DNA of 64,000 nucleotides, taken from a bacterium. Lineage in GTDB: Bacteria > UBA8248. Within the stretch, counting starts at the first letter, position 1; each line of letters starts with the position of its first letter. Below, one piece after another: positions 1 to 9,852 of the stretch. The notes beneath the pieces were generated by a model. The model was not told the DNA's origin, searched no databases, and saw only the letters and a list, made by a program, of their open reading frames with translations. The stretch is from contig OZ244799.1 of NCBI GenBank assembly GCA_965219955.1, positions 4,219,616 to 4,283,615 on the forward strand, read 5' to 3'. The translations under genes were made by a program, and so were the position numbers.

Positions 1-48
1 CCACGTGCGGTTCAACGTGTAATTTTTCACAAGCGCAAAGCAAGCCAC

Positions 49-77
49 TTGACATCTGCTCCGATTTCCGGTTCAAT
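49..77 (+). promoter_or_regulatory. candidate sigma70 promoter for ankyrin genes
   Basis: TTGACA (49-54), 17-bp spacer, TTCAAT (72-77). Confidence 0.45.
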
Positions 78-201
78 GAAATAGAAGTTTGGTTCACCAA
101 ATCATTTCCTGGAAGTTCTGTTTCAACGCCTTGTCATCACGTTCTTGACCCGTTTTCTGATGAAGAGCTTTTCTGCCGTTTCAAAACGAACAGGAGGGTG
201 G

Positions 202-861
202 ATGATGAAACTCCGAGTGGTGTTGGCTATGTGCTTGCTCGTTTCATTGCTCGCGGTCCCCGCTTCGGCGAAAGAAGCGAAGTTGGAAGACAAGGGGAAT
301 GCGAAACTCGAAGCGCTGCCGAAAAAAGTAGCTCCGAATCCACACCGAATAAGCAAAAGGGTGACCCCCCTCCACGACGCAGTGATTTTTAGAAAACTCA
401 AGAGGGCTGAGTTGTTGATTCGCGAGGGCGCAGACGTAAACGCCCGTGATGAATACGGACTGACGCCGCTTCATCTGGCGCTCGATAAATTCGGCCCAAA
501 GGGTATCGTGAAAGAAGACGATTTTTGGATGGTCAAGATTCTCGACAAGGCGCGCGCCGATTGGCGGGCTAGAGACAATCAAGGCAATAGGCCATGCTTC
601 TACGTCGATGAAAAGTATTCGCTTCCAATCGATTACATCAAAGACCCTTGGAGACCGCTACCCGACAACGTGCTCAAACACTACAAGATGATTTCCTGGA
701 CGACCGGTTATCCGGAAGCAAGGTCATCTAAGCGGATATTACTGAAACTATTGACTTGCCGGCGTGGAATCCCCGTTTCTCAATATGAGTTGTGGAAAAT
801 GTGCCGTGAAGACCATTATTTCCGGAATGCGATAGAAACGGGAATATGCAAATTTATGTAG
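202..861 (+). CDS. secreted ankyrin-repeat protein
   Basis: AGGAGG RBS then ATG 202; signal peptide ending PASA-K; ANK motifs TPLHDA..GADVNARDEYGLTPLHLA. Confidence 0.85.
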   Translation: MMKLRVVLAMCLLVSLLAVPASAKEAKLEDKGNAKLEALPKKVAPNPHRISKRVTPLHDAVIFRKLKRAELLIREGADVNARDEYGLTPLHLALDKFGPKGIVKEDDFWMVKILDKARADWRARDNQGNRPCFYVDEKYSLPIDYIKDPWRPLPDNVLKHYKMISWTTGYPEARSSKRILLKLLTCRRGIPVSQYELWKMCREDHYFRNAIETGICKFM

Positions 862-955
862 TTTTGCTGAGCGCCTCGAGGAAGCCTCATCCCGCTTCGG
901 GGGGAGGCTACGAATTGACGAATTTTCCGTTGACTCACTTTTGGGGGGACTCGAC

Positions 956-1660
956 ATGAATATCCGAATCGCAGTCGCAACCATTTTCATCGTTTTGTCG
1001 ATCGTGGCGACGCCCGCCTCGGCGAAGAGGGTTACGTGCGATGATTGGAACACAAAGGAATTTTTCCAGAGCGCGTCGATGAGAGAAGTTTCCCACTGCT
1101 TGAAAGCCGGCGCGATGAAGTACCCGCTGAGTTGGGGAATGACGCCTCTGCACAATGCGGGGAGATTCAGCAAGCATCCGGGCGTGATGACAGCCCTCGT
1201 GAAGGCCGGATACAAAATCTATGCTACCAATGGATACGGATTTACGCCCCTCCACATCGTATCGGCATACAATAAAGATCCAAGGTTTGTGAGAGCCCTT
1301 GTGAAAGCAGGAGCCAAAGTCAACGCGCAGCAGGCAATCGGGGGTGACTTTGATTCCGTATATGGGTTGACGCCATTACTCGTGGCTCTGATTTACGGGA
1401 ACGAATCAGATGCGGTGATCATCGCTTTGTTAAAGGCCGGTGCGGAGCCGAACGCCCAAGCTCGCGACGGGCAGACCGCTCTTCATTTCGCTCTAAAAAA
1501 AGGAAGGAGCCTAGCGGTCGTAGAGGCTTTATTGGATGCGGGGGCGCTTCCTAATATGCCGAGTTTGGCGAATATCCCGGCTTGCTATTACGCGGAAAGG
1601 AATCGCAACATAAAGGGGACGGATGTTTACCGGCGGCTGGTAAAGGGTTGTTACCGCTAA
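956..1660 (+). CDS. secreted ankyrin-repeat protein
   Basis: ATG 956; signal peptide ending PASA-K; about four ANK repeats (GMTPLHNA, GFTPLHI, GLTPLLVA, GQTALHFA). Confidence 0.9.
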   Translation: MNIRIAVATIFIVLSIVATPASAKRVTCDDWNTKEFFQSASMREVSHCLKAGAMKYPLSWGMTPLHNAGRFSKHPGVMTALVKAGYKIYATNGYGFTPLHIVSAYNKDPRFVRALVKAGAKVNAQQAIGGDFDSVYGLTPLLVALIYGNESDAVIIALLKAGAEPNAQARDGQTALHFALKKGRSLAVVEALLDAGALPNMPSLANIPACYYAERNRNIKGTDVYRRLVKGCYR

Positions 1661-1666
1661 GCCGAT

Positions 1667-2773
1667 TCATGAATTCGATCGCTTGGCTGCGGATATGCCG
1701 TCGAGGATTCTCGAGTGCGCTCTTCGGTGCTCCGCACACCCGATAACCTCGAGCATCTCCTTCCGCCAGTTCGGGCGGCAGTAGCTCTCTTTCAATCTGC
1801 GTATCCGGTCCGATGACGCCTCCTCCTGTTCGGGGGGGAGGTGTTCGTCTGCGATTGCGCGCGCAATGTTCTCGACCGCGCGTTCCTGCGCGTCTTCAGA
1901 ATGACAGATGAGGGCGATGTCGGCCCCGGCGAGGATGGCGCGCAGGGCCGCCTCTGCCGGGTCTTCTATCGCGCCCATGTCCAGGTCGTCGGTGACGGCG
2001 ACGCCCCGGAAACCGAGTTCTCCGCGCAGGATATCTTGAAGAAAGACAGGAGAGAGGCTCGCAGGAGTCGTTTCGTCTATCGCCTCGAAAACGGCGTGGG
2101 CGGCCATGACGCAGGCGGGAGGCGCGCGGCGGATGAGATGCCGGAACGGCTCCAGTTCGCGCTCTCTCAGGTCTTGGAGCGTTAGGCGTGAGGTCGGCAG
2201 TTCCTCGTGTGGGTCGGGGGCCATGTCGCCGATGCCGGGGAAATGCTTGGCGCACGCGGCGACGCCCGTTTCCTGAAGGCCCTGCGTTGCGGCCTCACCC
2301 ATTCGGGCGACGACTTGGGATGATTCGCCATACGCGCGATCGCCGATGACGGCGCATTCGGGGTTCGTCAGGATGTCGGCGACGGGCGCGAAGTTGACGT
2401 TTACGCCAACCGCTTCGAGTTCCGCCCCGGTGACCCTTGCCGCTTCCCGCGCGAGGGCGGCGTCGCCCGCGTCGCCGAAGCCCCGCGCCGCCGGGAAGAG
2501 CGTGAAGTCATCGGAGAGCCTGCTCACGCGCCCGCCCTCCTGGTCGATTCCCACGAGGAGCGGAGCTTCGAGCGGGGAGGCGAGGGCGGCCTCTTGCAAA
2601 GAGGCGATGAGCGCGGCGGTCTGCCCGGCGGTTTCGATGTTTCGCCTGAACAGGATGACGCCGCCGATCCTGCCCGCGCGGACGCGAGCGAGGAGCGAGG
2701 CCGGGGGGGCGGTTCCCTCGAAGCCGGCCATGATGCGCTGCCCGGCCCGGACCTCGGGCGCCTGTTCGCTCAT
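1667..2773 (-). CDS. nagZ: beta-N-acetylhexosaminidase (GH3)
   Basis: GGVILFRRN, IDQEGGRVSRL, KHFPG.G..DPH, TDDLDMGA motifs. Confidence 0.9.
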   Translation of the reverse strand: MSEQAPEVRAGQRIMAGFEGTAPPASLLARVRAGRIGGVILFRRNIETAGQTAALIASLQEAALASPLEAPLLVGIDQEGGRVSRLSDDFTLFPAARGFGDAGDAALAREAARVTGAELEAVGVNVNFAPVADILTNPECAVIGDRAYGESSQVVARMGEAATQGLQETGVAACAKHFPGIGDMAPDPHEELPTSRLTLQDLRERELEPFRHLIRRAPPACVMAAHAVFEAIDETTPASLSPVFLQDILRGELGFRGVAVTDDLDMGAIEDPAEAALRAILAGADIALICHSEDAQERAVENIARAIADEHLPPEQEEASSDRIRRLKESYCRPNWRKEMLEVIGCAEHRRAHSRILDGISAAKRSNS

Positions 2774-2780
2774 GCGCGCC

Positions 2781-3473
2781 CTAGCCTTCGCGCATCCGCG
2801 TGATGACGAACGACTCCGCTACCGGGAAACCCGCCGCGCGGCCTGCGTCTTCGAGCCGCTGGCGCGTGCGCTTCTCGAACGCTTCGGGGTTCTTGATCTG
2901 GCACTTGTGCGCGCACACCGCGCGGACTTTCGTGTCGAACGTGTCGGTGATGTCCACGAAGAAATTCGGCTCGCGCGTGTTCAGGAACAAGAGGTTCTTC
3001 GTGTGGTGCGCGCCGATGCCTGCGTAGGTGAGTTCGGGGAGGAAGTGGTGGTCCCGCGCATAGACCACCGCCTTGAACGTGGCGTGGCCGATGGCCTGGT
3101 GGTCGGGGTGCTGGTAGTAGGTGCGCCAGGGGTCGTGGGTGAGGATGGTGTCCGGCTTCAAGTGGCGGATCAGGAAGGCGATCTGGTTCCTGAAAGCGCG
3201 CGTGTCCTCGAGCTCCCCGTCGCGGTGGCGCAGGAACAGCGTCTCCTTGACGCCCAGGATGCGGGAGGCTTCGAGCTGTTCCGCCTCGCGAATCCTGGCG
3301 AGGTCGAAGGGGCTGATGTCGTCCTTCGTGCCCTTGTCCCCGTTCGTGCAGACGACCGTCCGCACGGCGGCGCCCTCCCGCGTCCAGCGGGCGATGCTGC
3401 CCCCCGCGGACAGTTCCGCGTCGTCGGGGTGGGCGACGACGACGAGTATGTTTCTGAACTCTTCTTGACTCAC
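2781..3473 (-). CDS. PIG-L/LmbE family N-acetylglucosaminyl deacetylase
   Basis: AHPDD and HPDH zinc motifs. Confidence 0.9.
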   Translation of the reverse strand: MSQEEFRNILVVVAHPDDAELSAGGSIARWTREGAAVRTVVCTNGDKGTKDDISPFDLARIREAEQLEASRILGVKETLFLRHRDGELEDTRAFRNQIAFLIRHLKPDTILTHDPWRTYYQHPDHQAIGHATFKAVVYARDHHFLPELTYAGIGAHHTKNLLFLNTREPNFFVDITDTFDTKVRAVCAHKCQIKNPEAFEKRTRQRLEDAGRAAGFPVAESFVITRMREG

Positions 3474-3491
3474 TGGCGTTTCCTTCCGTGT

Positions 3492-4796
3492 CTATGAAAT
3501 GTGTGGTGATGAGAGCGCAGCCGTATCTCGCAGGCGCGCCCAGATATCGAGTTCCGCCTCCGCGATGCGCCTCCAGGCGAAAGATTCCGCCCATCGGGTA
3601 GCCGCCCGGCAGGGACGCTCACGGGGGTTTTCGAGGGTTTGGATCATCTTCCGCGCGTAGGCGTTCGTGTCGCCGTCCGCGATGAGGTGTCCGCTTTTGC
3701 CCTCACTCACCGCCTGGGAGATTCCCCCCACGTCGAAGGCGAGCGTTGGCAGTCCGCACGCGGCCGCCTCGATTGCCGTCATGCCGAAGCTCTCATAGCG
3801 CGACGGCAGGGCGAAGAGGTCGGCAGCGGAATAATAAAGAGGCAAATCTTCCTGCGGCTTCGCTCCTGCGAAGATCAGGTTCTCCGCCACGCCGAGTCTG
3901 CCTGCCAGGTCTTCCAGACGCGCGACTTCCGCTCCCTGCGCGGGCGAGGCGAAATCCGTTGCGCCGTAGCTTTCTCCGGTTCTCGCCGCGCCTTCTCTTG
4001 TCTCGCCGCCTAAATGCAGAAGACGCGCATCCAGCTCCGGGCGTTCCTTGCGCATGTGGGCGAAGGCCTCGATCAGGCGGTCGAGTCCCTTCACGCGCTC
4101 GATGCGGCCCACGCTCAGGATATAGGCGGGGTCCGGCTTGAGGCCCAGACGCGCGCGCGCCTCGTTCTTCGGATGGGGCCTGAAGGTCTCCAGGTCCACG
4201 CCGCAGGGGACGACGTGGACTTCTGAACCGCCCGATATTTCGCTGATTGCGCGCGCCTCGGCGGGCGATGAGGCCAGAACTGCGTCCGCCGTCTGCGCGA
4301 GCCGGGGTTCGCTCGCCAGCCGCGTGTCGGACTCCCGCCTCGTGTCGCGCGGCAGGGCGTCGTTCTTGAGCGCGGCCAGGGTGTGGAAGCGGAGGGCGAG
4401 GGGAGCGCCCCACGTTTTGGCGAGCGTCTCTCCCGCAAGGCCCGAGAGCCAGTAGTGGGCGGAAACGCCGTCATAGTGCGCGCCGTCTTTCTCAGCGAAC
4501 GCTGCGACGCCCCGCGCGAAGGCGTCGGCGTGTTCGACTTGCGCGTCCTTGTCGAGTCTTATCCTGGGCCCCGCCTCGACGCGGATGAGGCGCGCCCCCG
4601 CCGCGATGGAGACCTCTCTGGCGGCCGAGGCCGATTCCAGTCGCGTGAAGACGTCCGCACCGACGCCGAGGCTTGCGAGCGCCTTCGCTACCTCGCGGGC
4701 GTAGACGTTCATCCCGCCCGTGAAGTCGCCCCCCAGGGGAGCGAGAGGGTCGGTGTGCATCGAGAGGATGGCGAGACGGGTGGCCTCTGCTCTCAT
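3492..4796 (-). CDS. GT4 glycosyltransferase, MshA-like
   Basis: SMHTDPLA..GGMNVY, HYWLSG, FHTLA..KN, ESFGMTAIEA. Confidence 0.85.
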   Translation of the reverse strand: MRAEATRLAILSMHTDPLAPLGGDFTGGMNVYAREVAKALASLGVGADVFTRLESASAAREVSIAAGARLIRVEAGPRIRLDKDAQVEHADAFARGVAAFAEKDGAHYDGVSAHYWLSGLAGETLAKTWGAPLALRFHTLAALKNDALPRDTRRESDTRLASEPRLAQTADAVLASSPAEARAISEISGGSEVHVVPCGVDLETFRPHPKNEARARLGLKPDPAYILSVGRIERVKGLDRLIEAFAHMRKERPELDARLLHLGGETREGAARTGESYGATDFASPAQGAEVARLEDLAGRLGVAENLIFAGAKPQEDLPLYYSAADLFALPSRYESFGMTAIEAAACGLPTLAFDVGGISQAVSEGKSGHLIADGDTNAYARKMIQTLENPRERPCRAATRWAESFAWRRIAEAELDIWARLRDTAALSSPHIS

Positions 4797-5812
4797 CTGG
4801 CGTCCCTCTCGATTTGGATGCGCATCACGCGCTCATCCTGCGCGCCGAAGCGGTATTTGTAGGCCTCATCGCCCCTCAGGAGATCGAAGCTGGAACGTCC
4901 CGCCTGAATCGCTTCTTCCACGTTGTGGGCGAGCAGCACCAGGCCCCCGCTCAGTTCGTGCTCCACCGGGTCGAAGCCCGAGTTGTAGAGATAGATTCTG
5001 TCGCCGTAATCGAACGAGAGGTTGGCCGCGACGGGGTGGCCGTCCACCCGCATGATCGACAAATCCAGACAACCGAGTTCGAGCATCGCCTTGGTCACGT
5101 CTCCGAAAAAAGCCCTCCTGTCGGCGTTCCAGAAATCCGCCTTCTCCGGCTGGCTCAGCGCGTGGAGGGTGATGAAATCCTCCAGATCGGAGGCCAGCGC
5201 GTCCGCCGATTCCGTCCGCTCGTACGCCAGCCCCGCCTCCATGTTGGCCTTGCGAATCTTGCGCCTCAGGTCGCGTTCGTCCCGCGGCGCGAGCATCCCG
5301 GTGTATTCATCCCAAGAGTCGGGAAGGGCGATGACGGGGCAGACCTCTTCTTCGGATATCGAGGCGGCCCCGCCCGTCAACTCCTCTATCGCCGCGACCG
5401 TCGGGGAAGCTTCGGGAATCCCGCGCAGGGAGAGTTCACACCATGCGGGCGCGTCCGGCTCGTCCAGGGCGGAGAGAACCGCCCGCCAGCAGGCGAGGTG
5501 CGCTCCGTCGGCGGCGATGATGTCCAAGTAGTCCGAGAGGTCGTCCCCGCCCGTCAGGCGCAGCCGCCCGCCCTCGCTCAGCACGAAGGGCGCCACGCCC
5601 GTGAGCGCGCCGCCCTCGTCTCGCATGGCGTATAGATGCAGTTCGCCCGCGCCGAAGTTCCGCCACCACGCAGCGTGCCACGCGGGGTCGTAGAACGGGT
5701 GCGCGTGGGCGGAGCGGGCCATCAGCGCGCGCCATTCGGTTTCCAGGCCCGTGAACGCCTCGGGCGAGGTGAAGGCTTCTATCTGCAATGAGGAACAAGA
5801 ACTTTGCGACAT
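4793..5812 (-). CDS. CelD/BcsL-type GNAT acetyltransferase
   Basis: Start reassigned to ATG 5812 (MSQSSC); SDYLD, YNSGFDP..SGG, FDLLRGDEAYKYRFG. Confidence 0.85.
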   Translation of the reverse strand: MSQSSCSSLQIEAFTSPEAFTGLETEWRALMARSAHAHPFYDPAWHAAWWRNFGAGELHLYAMRDEGGALTGVAPFVLSEGGRLRLTGGDDLSDYLDIIAADGAHLACWRAVLSALDEPDAPAWCELSLRGIPEASPTVAAIEELTGGAASISEEEVCPVIALPDSWDEYTGMLAPRDERDLRRKIRKANMEAGLAYERTESADALASDLEDFITLHALSQPEKADFWNADRRAFFGDVTKAMLELGCLDLSIMRVDGHPVAANLSFDYGDRIYLYNSGFDPVEHELSGGLVLLAHNVEEAIQAGRSSFDLLRGDEAYKYRFGAQDERVMRIQIERDAR

Positions 5813-5862
5813 CGGGATTCCTTCGCATCCATCGCGCCCGCGGGCGCGCGTTGATTCCGCCG

Positions 5863-6456
5863 CTACGCGAACTCCAGGCCTACGAACGTGGCCGCCGGGT
5901 GTCCCTCCAGCGGGTCCGAGAGGCGCGAGCTGGTGAAGACGAAAAACCGGTTGTGGTAGAGCGTCTGGAACTGGATGAAGCCCGCCTTGTCCACGCCGCG
6001 CCTCGACGGGGTGTTCTTCGCCTCCACGAAGATGAGCGAGCGCGTGAGGCCCAGCTTCTCCCCGTATTCGAGCGCGCGCCTGAGCACGGCGGGGTAGAGG
6101 TTCCGCCCCCGCCAGGGCTCCAGCGTGAAGGCGTCGTAGAGATAGATTTCCTTGGGTCCGGGCTTCACGGCCTTGTCGATCTCCTCCACGCCCACCACGC
6201 CGCGCGCGCCCCAGATGTAGCTCACCGCCTTGCCGTCTTCGAGCGCGACGAAGCACTTCTCGCCCCGCTCGAAGCGCCGCGCCGTCAGGCTCTCGCCCTG
6301 GACGTCGGTGATGAGGTGGCGGTTCTCCGAAGCGGCTTCGAGGATGATGTGCTCCACCTCAATTCTCGCCTCGCTCGGCGGTATTTCTTCTGTGTGCAGA
6401 AAATCATACAGGCAAAGCTCCACCGACGTGAGGAATGTGTTTTTGAGGAAATCCAA
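5863..6456 (-). CDS. GNAT family N-acetyltransferase
   Basis: YLYDAFT..WRGRNLY, N..S...KAGF acetyl-CoA motifs. Confidence 0.8.
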   Translation of the reverse strand: MDFLKNTFLTSVELCLYDFLHTEEIPPSEARIEVEHIILEAASENRHLITDVQGESLTARRFERGEKCFVALEDGKAVSYIWGARGVVGVEEIDKAVKPGPKEIYLYDAFTLEPWRGRNLYPAVLRRALEYGEKLGLTRSLIFVEAKNTPSRRGVDKAGFIQFQTLYHNRFFVFTSSRLSDPLEGHPAATFVGLEFA

Positions 6457-6471
6457 AAGGGGATGACTCCT

Positions 6472-7494
6472 TTACTTGAGAAGCGCGTCCAGGAAGGGCT
6501 CGAGCGAAGCATGAAGAGGCCCCAGGTCCCTCCTTTTTTCGAAATGCTCCTGCACCATCCGGACGGTATGCGGAATGCTCGCCAGGTAGCGCTCCGCCCC
6601 GCGGGCCGCCTTTTGATAGGCGAACGTGCCGATGGCCTTCAGGTTTCGCTGTATGGCTGTCCCGCGCAGGGCGCGTTCGTATTCTTCTTTAGCCGAGAAG
6701 AGGCGGTGGCCGCAAGTCTCCCAGTAGCGCGTGACGAGGTATTCCCGCTGTTCGTCCCCCAGGTCGACGTAGCTGTCGAAGACGAGAGAGGCCAAATCAT
6801 AGGTGGCCGGCCCCATGCGCGCGTCCTGAAAATCGATGGCGATCACCGCCTCATCCAGCACCATCAGGTTCCTGCTGTGGTAGTCGCGGTGGGTGAGGCG
6901 GAAGGGAATCCGGCAGATTTCCCCGCACAATTCGCCAAAAACCGCATCGAGCGCGCGCTCATCCGTCTCCATGCCCAGAAGGCTCTCGAAGGCGTATTTG
7001 CGCGTGTGGTGGAGTTCGTTCGTGAAGAATTCCGCGTCGAAGCGCCGCGTAAGCGCAACTCTCTCGCTTGCGGGCGCGCTCGGAGTTTCCTGCATGGCGG
7101 CCATCATGTCGAGCGCGGCGTCGTAGTGCGGCCTGGCTTCCTCCCATCCACCGCGCCGCCATGCGTCTTCGAGCGATTCATCGCCGCAGTCTTCCAGGAG
7201 GATGACGCCCGCCGCCTCGTCCATCCCGAAAATCTCAGGCACCCTTATGCCGATCTCACTAAAATGCGCCTGCACGTCGATGAAGGGGAGCGTCTCTTTC
7301 GTGAAGGACTCGGGCATGATCATGCCGACAGAACTTGGCCGCCCGCCGCCTGCGTGCGTGAGGCGGGCGTAGTCGCGCGTCGAGGCGTCGCCGGCAAGCG
7401 GCGTGAGCGAGGAGACATCCGCGCCGAAATGCTCCTGCGCCAGTGTTTTCAGTCGCTCGTGCGCACGGGTCTGCTCCGCGAGGTGCGCCTTCAT
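6472..7494 (-). CDS. amgK: anomeric MurNAc/GlcNAc kinase (APH/ChoK fold)
   Basis: ATG 7494; LAGDASTRDYAR, HRDYHSRNLM, IDFQDA.MGP..YDLASL, QRNLKAIGTF. Confidence 0.8.
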   Translation of the reverse strand: MKAHLAEQTRAHERLKTLAQEHFGADVSSLTPLAGDASTRDYARLTHAGGGRPSSVGMIMPESFTKETLPFIDVQAHFSEIGIRVPEIFGMDEAAGVILLEDCGDESLEDAWRRGGWEEARPHYDAALDMMAAMQETPSAPASERVALTRRFDAEFFTNELHHTRKYAFESLLGMETDERALDAVFGELCGEICRIPFRLTHRDYHSRNLMVLDEAVIAIDFQDARMGPATYDLASLVFDSYVDLGDEQREYLVTRYWETCGHRLFSAKEEYERALRGTAIQRNLKAIGTFAYQKAARGAERYLASIPHTVRMVQEHFEKRRDLGPLHASLEPFLDALLK

Positions 7495-8342
7495 GCGGGA
7501 CTCGTCTTGACCTGTGAGGCGAGGGCTTTTATGGCGCGCCCCGCGGCGGCCAGCGTCTCGGCGTAAGGTTCGTCTTTTCTTCTGAGTTCGAGCGCGAGCG
7601 TTCCCGGGTAGTCTCGCGCGTCGAGCGCAGCGAAGAAAGAGGGCCACTCGAACGCGCCCTCGCCGGGTATCAGGTGCGCGTCGTTTCTTCCGTCGTTGTC
7701 GTGCAGGTGCGTCGCGGCGCAGAGGGGCGCCAGCCGCTCGATGGCGTTTTGCGTTTTTTCCCCCTCGGTGATGAGGGCGTGGCCGGTGTCGATGCAGATT
7801 TTGAGTCTTGGATGATCGAGGCGTGCCACGAACCCGGCCAAAGGCTCCGCGCGGCCCAGAGCGGAGGGGATGTTCTCGAGCGCCAAAACCGCGTCCAACG
7901 CTTCGGCCAAGGGGAGAAGACGTGCAATGCTTTCCTCCAGCGCCTCGCAGGTGTCCCCGTCTCCCGCCTTGCCCGGCGCGCTCGGGTGGAGCACGGCGAT
8001 TCTCGCGCCCAGCGGGCGGAAGGCGCGTATCGCCTGAATCGTTTTCTGGAGCGCATCTGCGCGCGCATCTGCATCTGGAGCGGCGAGAGAGAGCCATCGT
8101 CCTTGTCTCGCATCGCTCAGATCGGCGTAAAAAGGCGCATGGAAGGTGGATGTCGTGAGGGAGAGGTCCGCCATCCAGCCCTTGAGGCTTTCAAGCCTGC
8201 CCTCATCGCCCGCGTCGAAATTGGGCGTCATCGCCCAAAGCTCGATTTTCCCGAAACCGGCTTCGGCCGCCTCTTTCAAGTGCTCGAAGCGGAGAGATTC
8301 ATAGGCGAACAGGTGCGCGGAGAGGGCGTAGTCGCGTGCCAA
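7491..8342 (-). CDS. sugar phosphate isomerase/epimerase (xylose isomerase-like TIM barrel)
   Basis: Probable TTG 8342; LALEN, CIDTGHA, HLHDNDG..DAHLIPGEG, LE motifs. Confidence 0.8.
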   Translation of the reverse strand: MARDYALSAHLFAYESLRFEHLKEAAEAGFGKIELWAMTPNFDAGDEGRLESLKGWMADLSLTTSTFHAPFYADLSDARQGRWLSLAAPDADARADALQKTIQAIRAFRPLGARIAVLHPSAPGKAGDGDTCEALEESIARLLPLAEALDAVLALENIPSALGRAEPLAGFVARLDHPRLKICIDTGHALITEGEKTQNAIERLAPLCAATHLHDNDGRNDAHLIPGEGAFEWPSFFAALDARDYPGTLALELRRKDEPYAETLAAAGRAIKALASQVKTSPA

Positions 8343-8433
8343 GGGTTTTCCTTCGGTGAGGGGGCGGTGAAGCGCGCTTGATGGCCCGTGATTATACGCA
8401 CCGAAACGAAGCAGCGGCAACGCGAACTTGTGC

Positions 8434-8845
8434 GGGGTTGTTTAAAAAGCCCCCCGATGTGGGAAACCCACCGTCATTCCGGCGAAAGCCGGAATCCATT
8501 TTATGATTTTGCTTTTGTTTTCGCATTTGATTGTGACTCGCGGAAGGGAACGCCGCGCCCGAATCCGGAACGGATGAGGCGGATATATATGGCGGCGTCC
8601 GTATCTTCCCCAGTCGGGAGAGAGGACGGCTGGGCGAAAGGCCAAAGACAAAGGCGAAAATGGATTCCGGCTTTCGCCGGAATGACGAACAAAATCACAT
8701 CGCCTCTTGTAGGGACAGGCCTCCGTGCCTGTCCTTCCCTCCGTGGTTGTCCTTTGTCAGGACAGGCACGGAGGCCTGTCCCTACGATGAACAATTCGAT
8801 GATCGGGATTCCCTCCCTCTCCAGGAGGACTTTTTCCACAACCCC
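8434..8845. mobile_element. composite MITE-like element: TIR shell carrying CGTC- and GTAG-type REP doublets
   Basis: GGGGTTGTTTAAAAAG...CTTTTTCCACAACCCC ends; CGTCATTCCGGCGAAAGCCGGAATCCA inverted pair 8472-8687; GTAGGGACAGGC inverted pair 8709-8785. Confidence 0.7.
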
Positions 8846-8885
8846 ATGCGCGCGGCTCACAAGATGAAAAATCCCCTCACACCTG

Positions 8886-8931
8886 TTGACAAGGGCGGGT
8901 GCGGGCTGGTAGTGGTCATACCATCTGACCA
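8886..8931 (+). promoter_or_regulatory. -35 box and FadR-family operator
   Basis: TTGACA 8886-8891; palindrome TGGTCA-taccatc-TGACCA 8913-8931 just upstream of the FadR gene. Confidence 0.65.
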
Positions 8932-9021
8932 GGAAGTTTTCAGGTTGATAAAAACAGTGATAATCCCCGTTCGGTTTCCCTCATCGCTCGGGATGGCTTG
9001 CGTCCCCAGGGAGGCGGTTTC

Positions 9022-9756
9022 TTGCTCAGGCCGGTGAGAAAAACGAGGCTCTACGAAGACGTGGTCGAGCAGATCCAGCAGCTCATCCGCAAGCGCAAGC
9101 TCACGCCCGGCGACAGGCTGCCCTCTGAGCGCGAACTCGCGGTGACGCTCGGCATCGGGCGGCCCTCGGTGCGCGAAGCCCTGCGCGCCCTCGACACCAC
9201 GGGGCTGATTGAAGTCAGGAGCGGGCAGGGCGCGTATCTCCGCAACCTCACGGTCGACCCCTATCTCGCCACGGTGCGCGAGAGCCTCGCGTTTCTGCTC
9301 GACGTGAAGGAAGACACCCTGCTCGAACTCTGGGAGGTGCGGCAGGGGCTGGAGGAACAGATCGCGCGCCTGACGGCGGAGCGCCGGACGCAAGCGCAGA
9401 TCGAGCGCCTGCGCGGCCACACCGAGGAGATGCGAAAGCGCATCGACAGGCCCGAAGCCTTCGTGCGCGCGGGCGTCGCCTGGCACCGCGCGCTCTGCGA
9501 AGCGGCGGAAAACGCCGTTTTGCGGACGGTGTGGGAAGCCATCGCGGGGCTGATTGAGAAGAGCCAGCGGCGGATCATCGGAACGCCCGGCCAGCCGGTC
9601 GAGGCGCTGCGCCAGCACGAGAAGCTGCTTGCGGCCGTCGAGGCGGGTGACTCGGAGAAAGCCGCGCTCGCCATGCGCGAGCACATGGCGGCCGAAGGCG
9701 CGCGGCTGAAAGAAGCGCTGGCCGTATCCCGAAACGGAGGTGCAGTGCGCGTCTGA
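9022..9756 (+). CDS. GntR/FadR family transcriptional regulator
   Basis: GGAGG RBS then TTG 9022; GDRLPSERELA...GRPSVREAL wHTH plus FCD domain. Confidence 0.92.
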   Translation: MLRPVRKTRLYEDVVEQIQQLIRKRKLTPGDRLPSERELAVTLGIGRPSVREALRALDTTGLIEVRSGQGAYLRNLTVDPYLATVRESLAFLLDVKEDTLLELWEVRQGLEEQIARLTAERRTQAQIERLRGHTEEMRKRIDRPEAFVRAGVAWHRALCEAAENAVLRTVWEAIAGLIEKSQRRIIGTPGQPVEALRQHEKLLAAVEAGDSEKAALAMREHMAAEGARLKEALAVSRNGGAVRV

Positions 9757-9852
9757 GGAATGAGCGGGCGCGCTTTATGGTTGTCGTAATTTTCGGACGT
9801 TTTTTGCTGTTGTTTTTGTAACGCTTCACCCAAATTTCTAGGAGGAATTTTC

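Noticed and set aside
8388-8867. ORFs with WIPAFAGMT, VGTGLRACP or ALRLPLKGG peptides here and at other repeat blocks
   Set aside because: Translations of REP/MITE DNA, not genes
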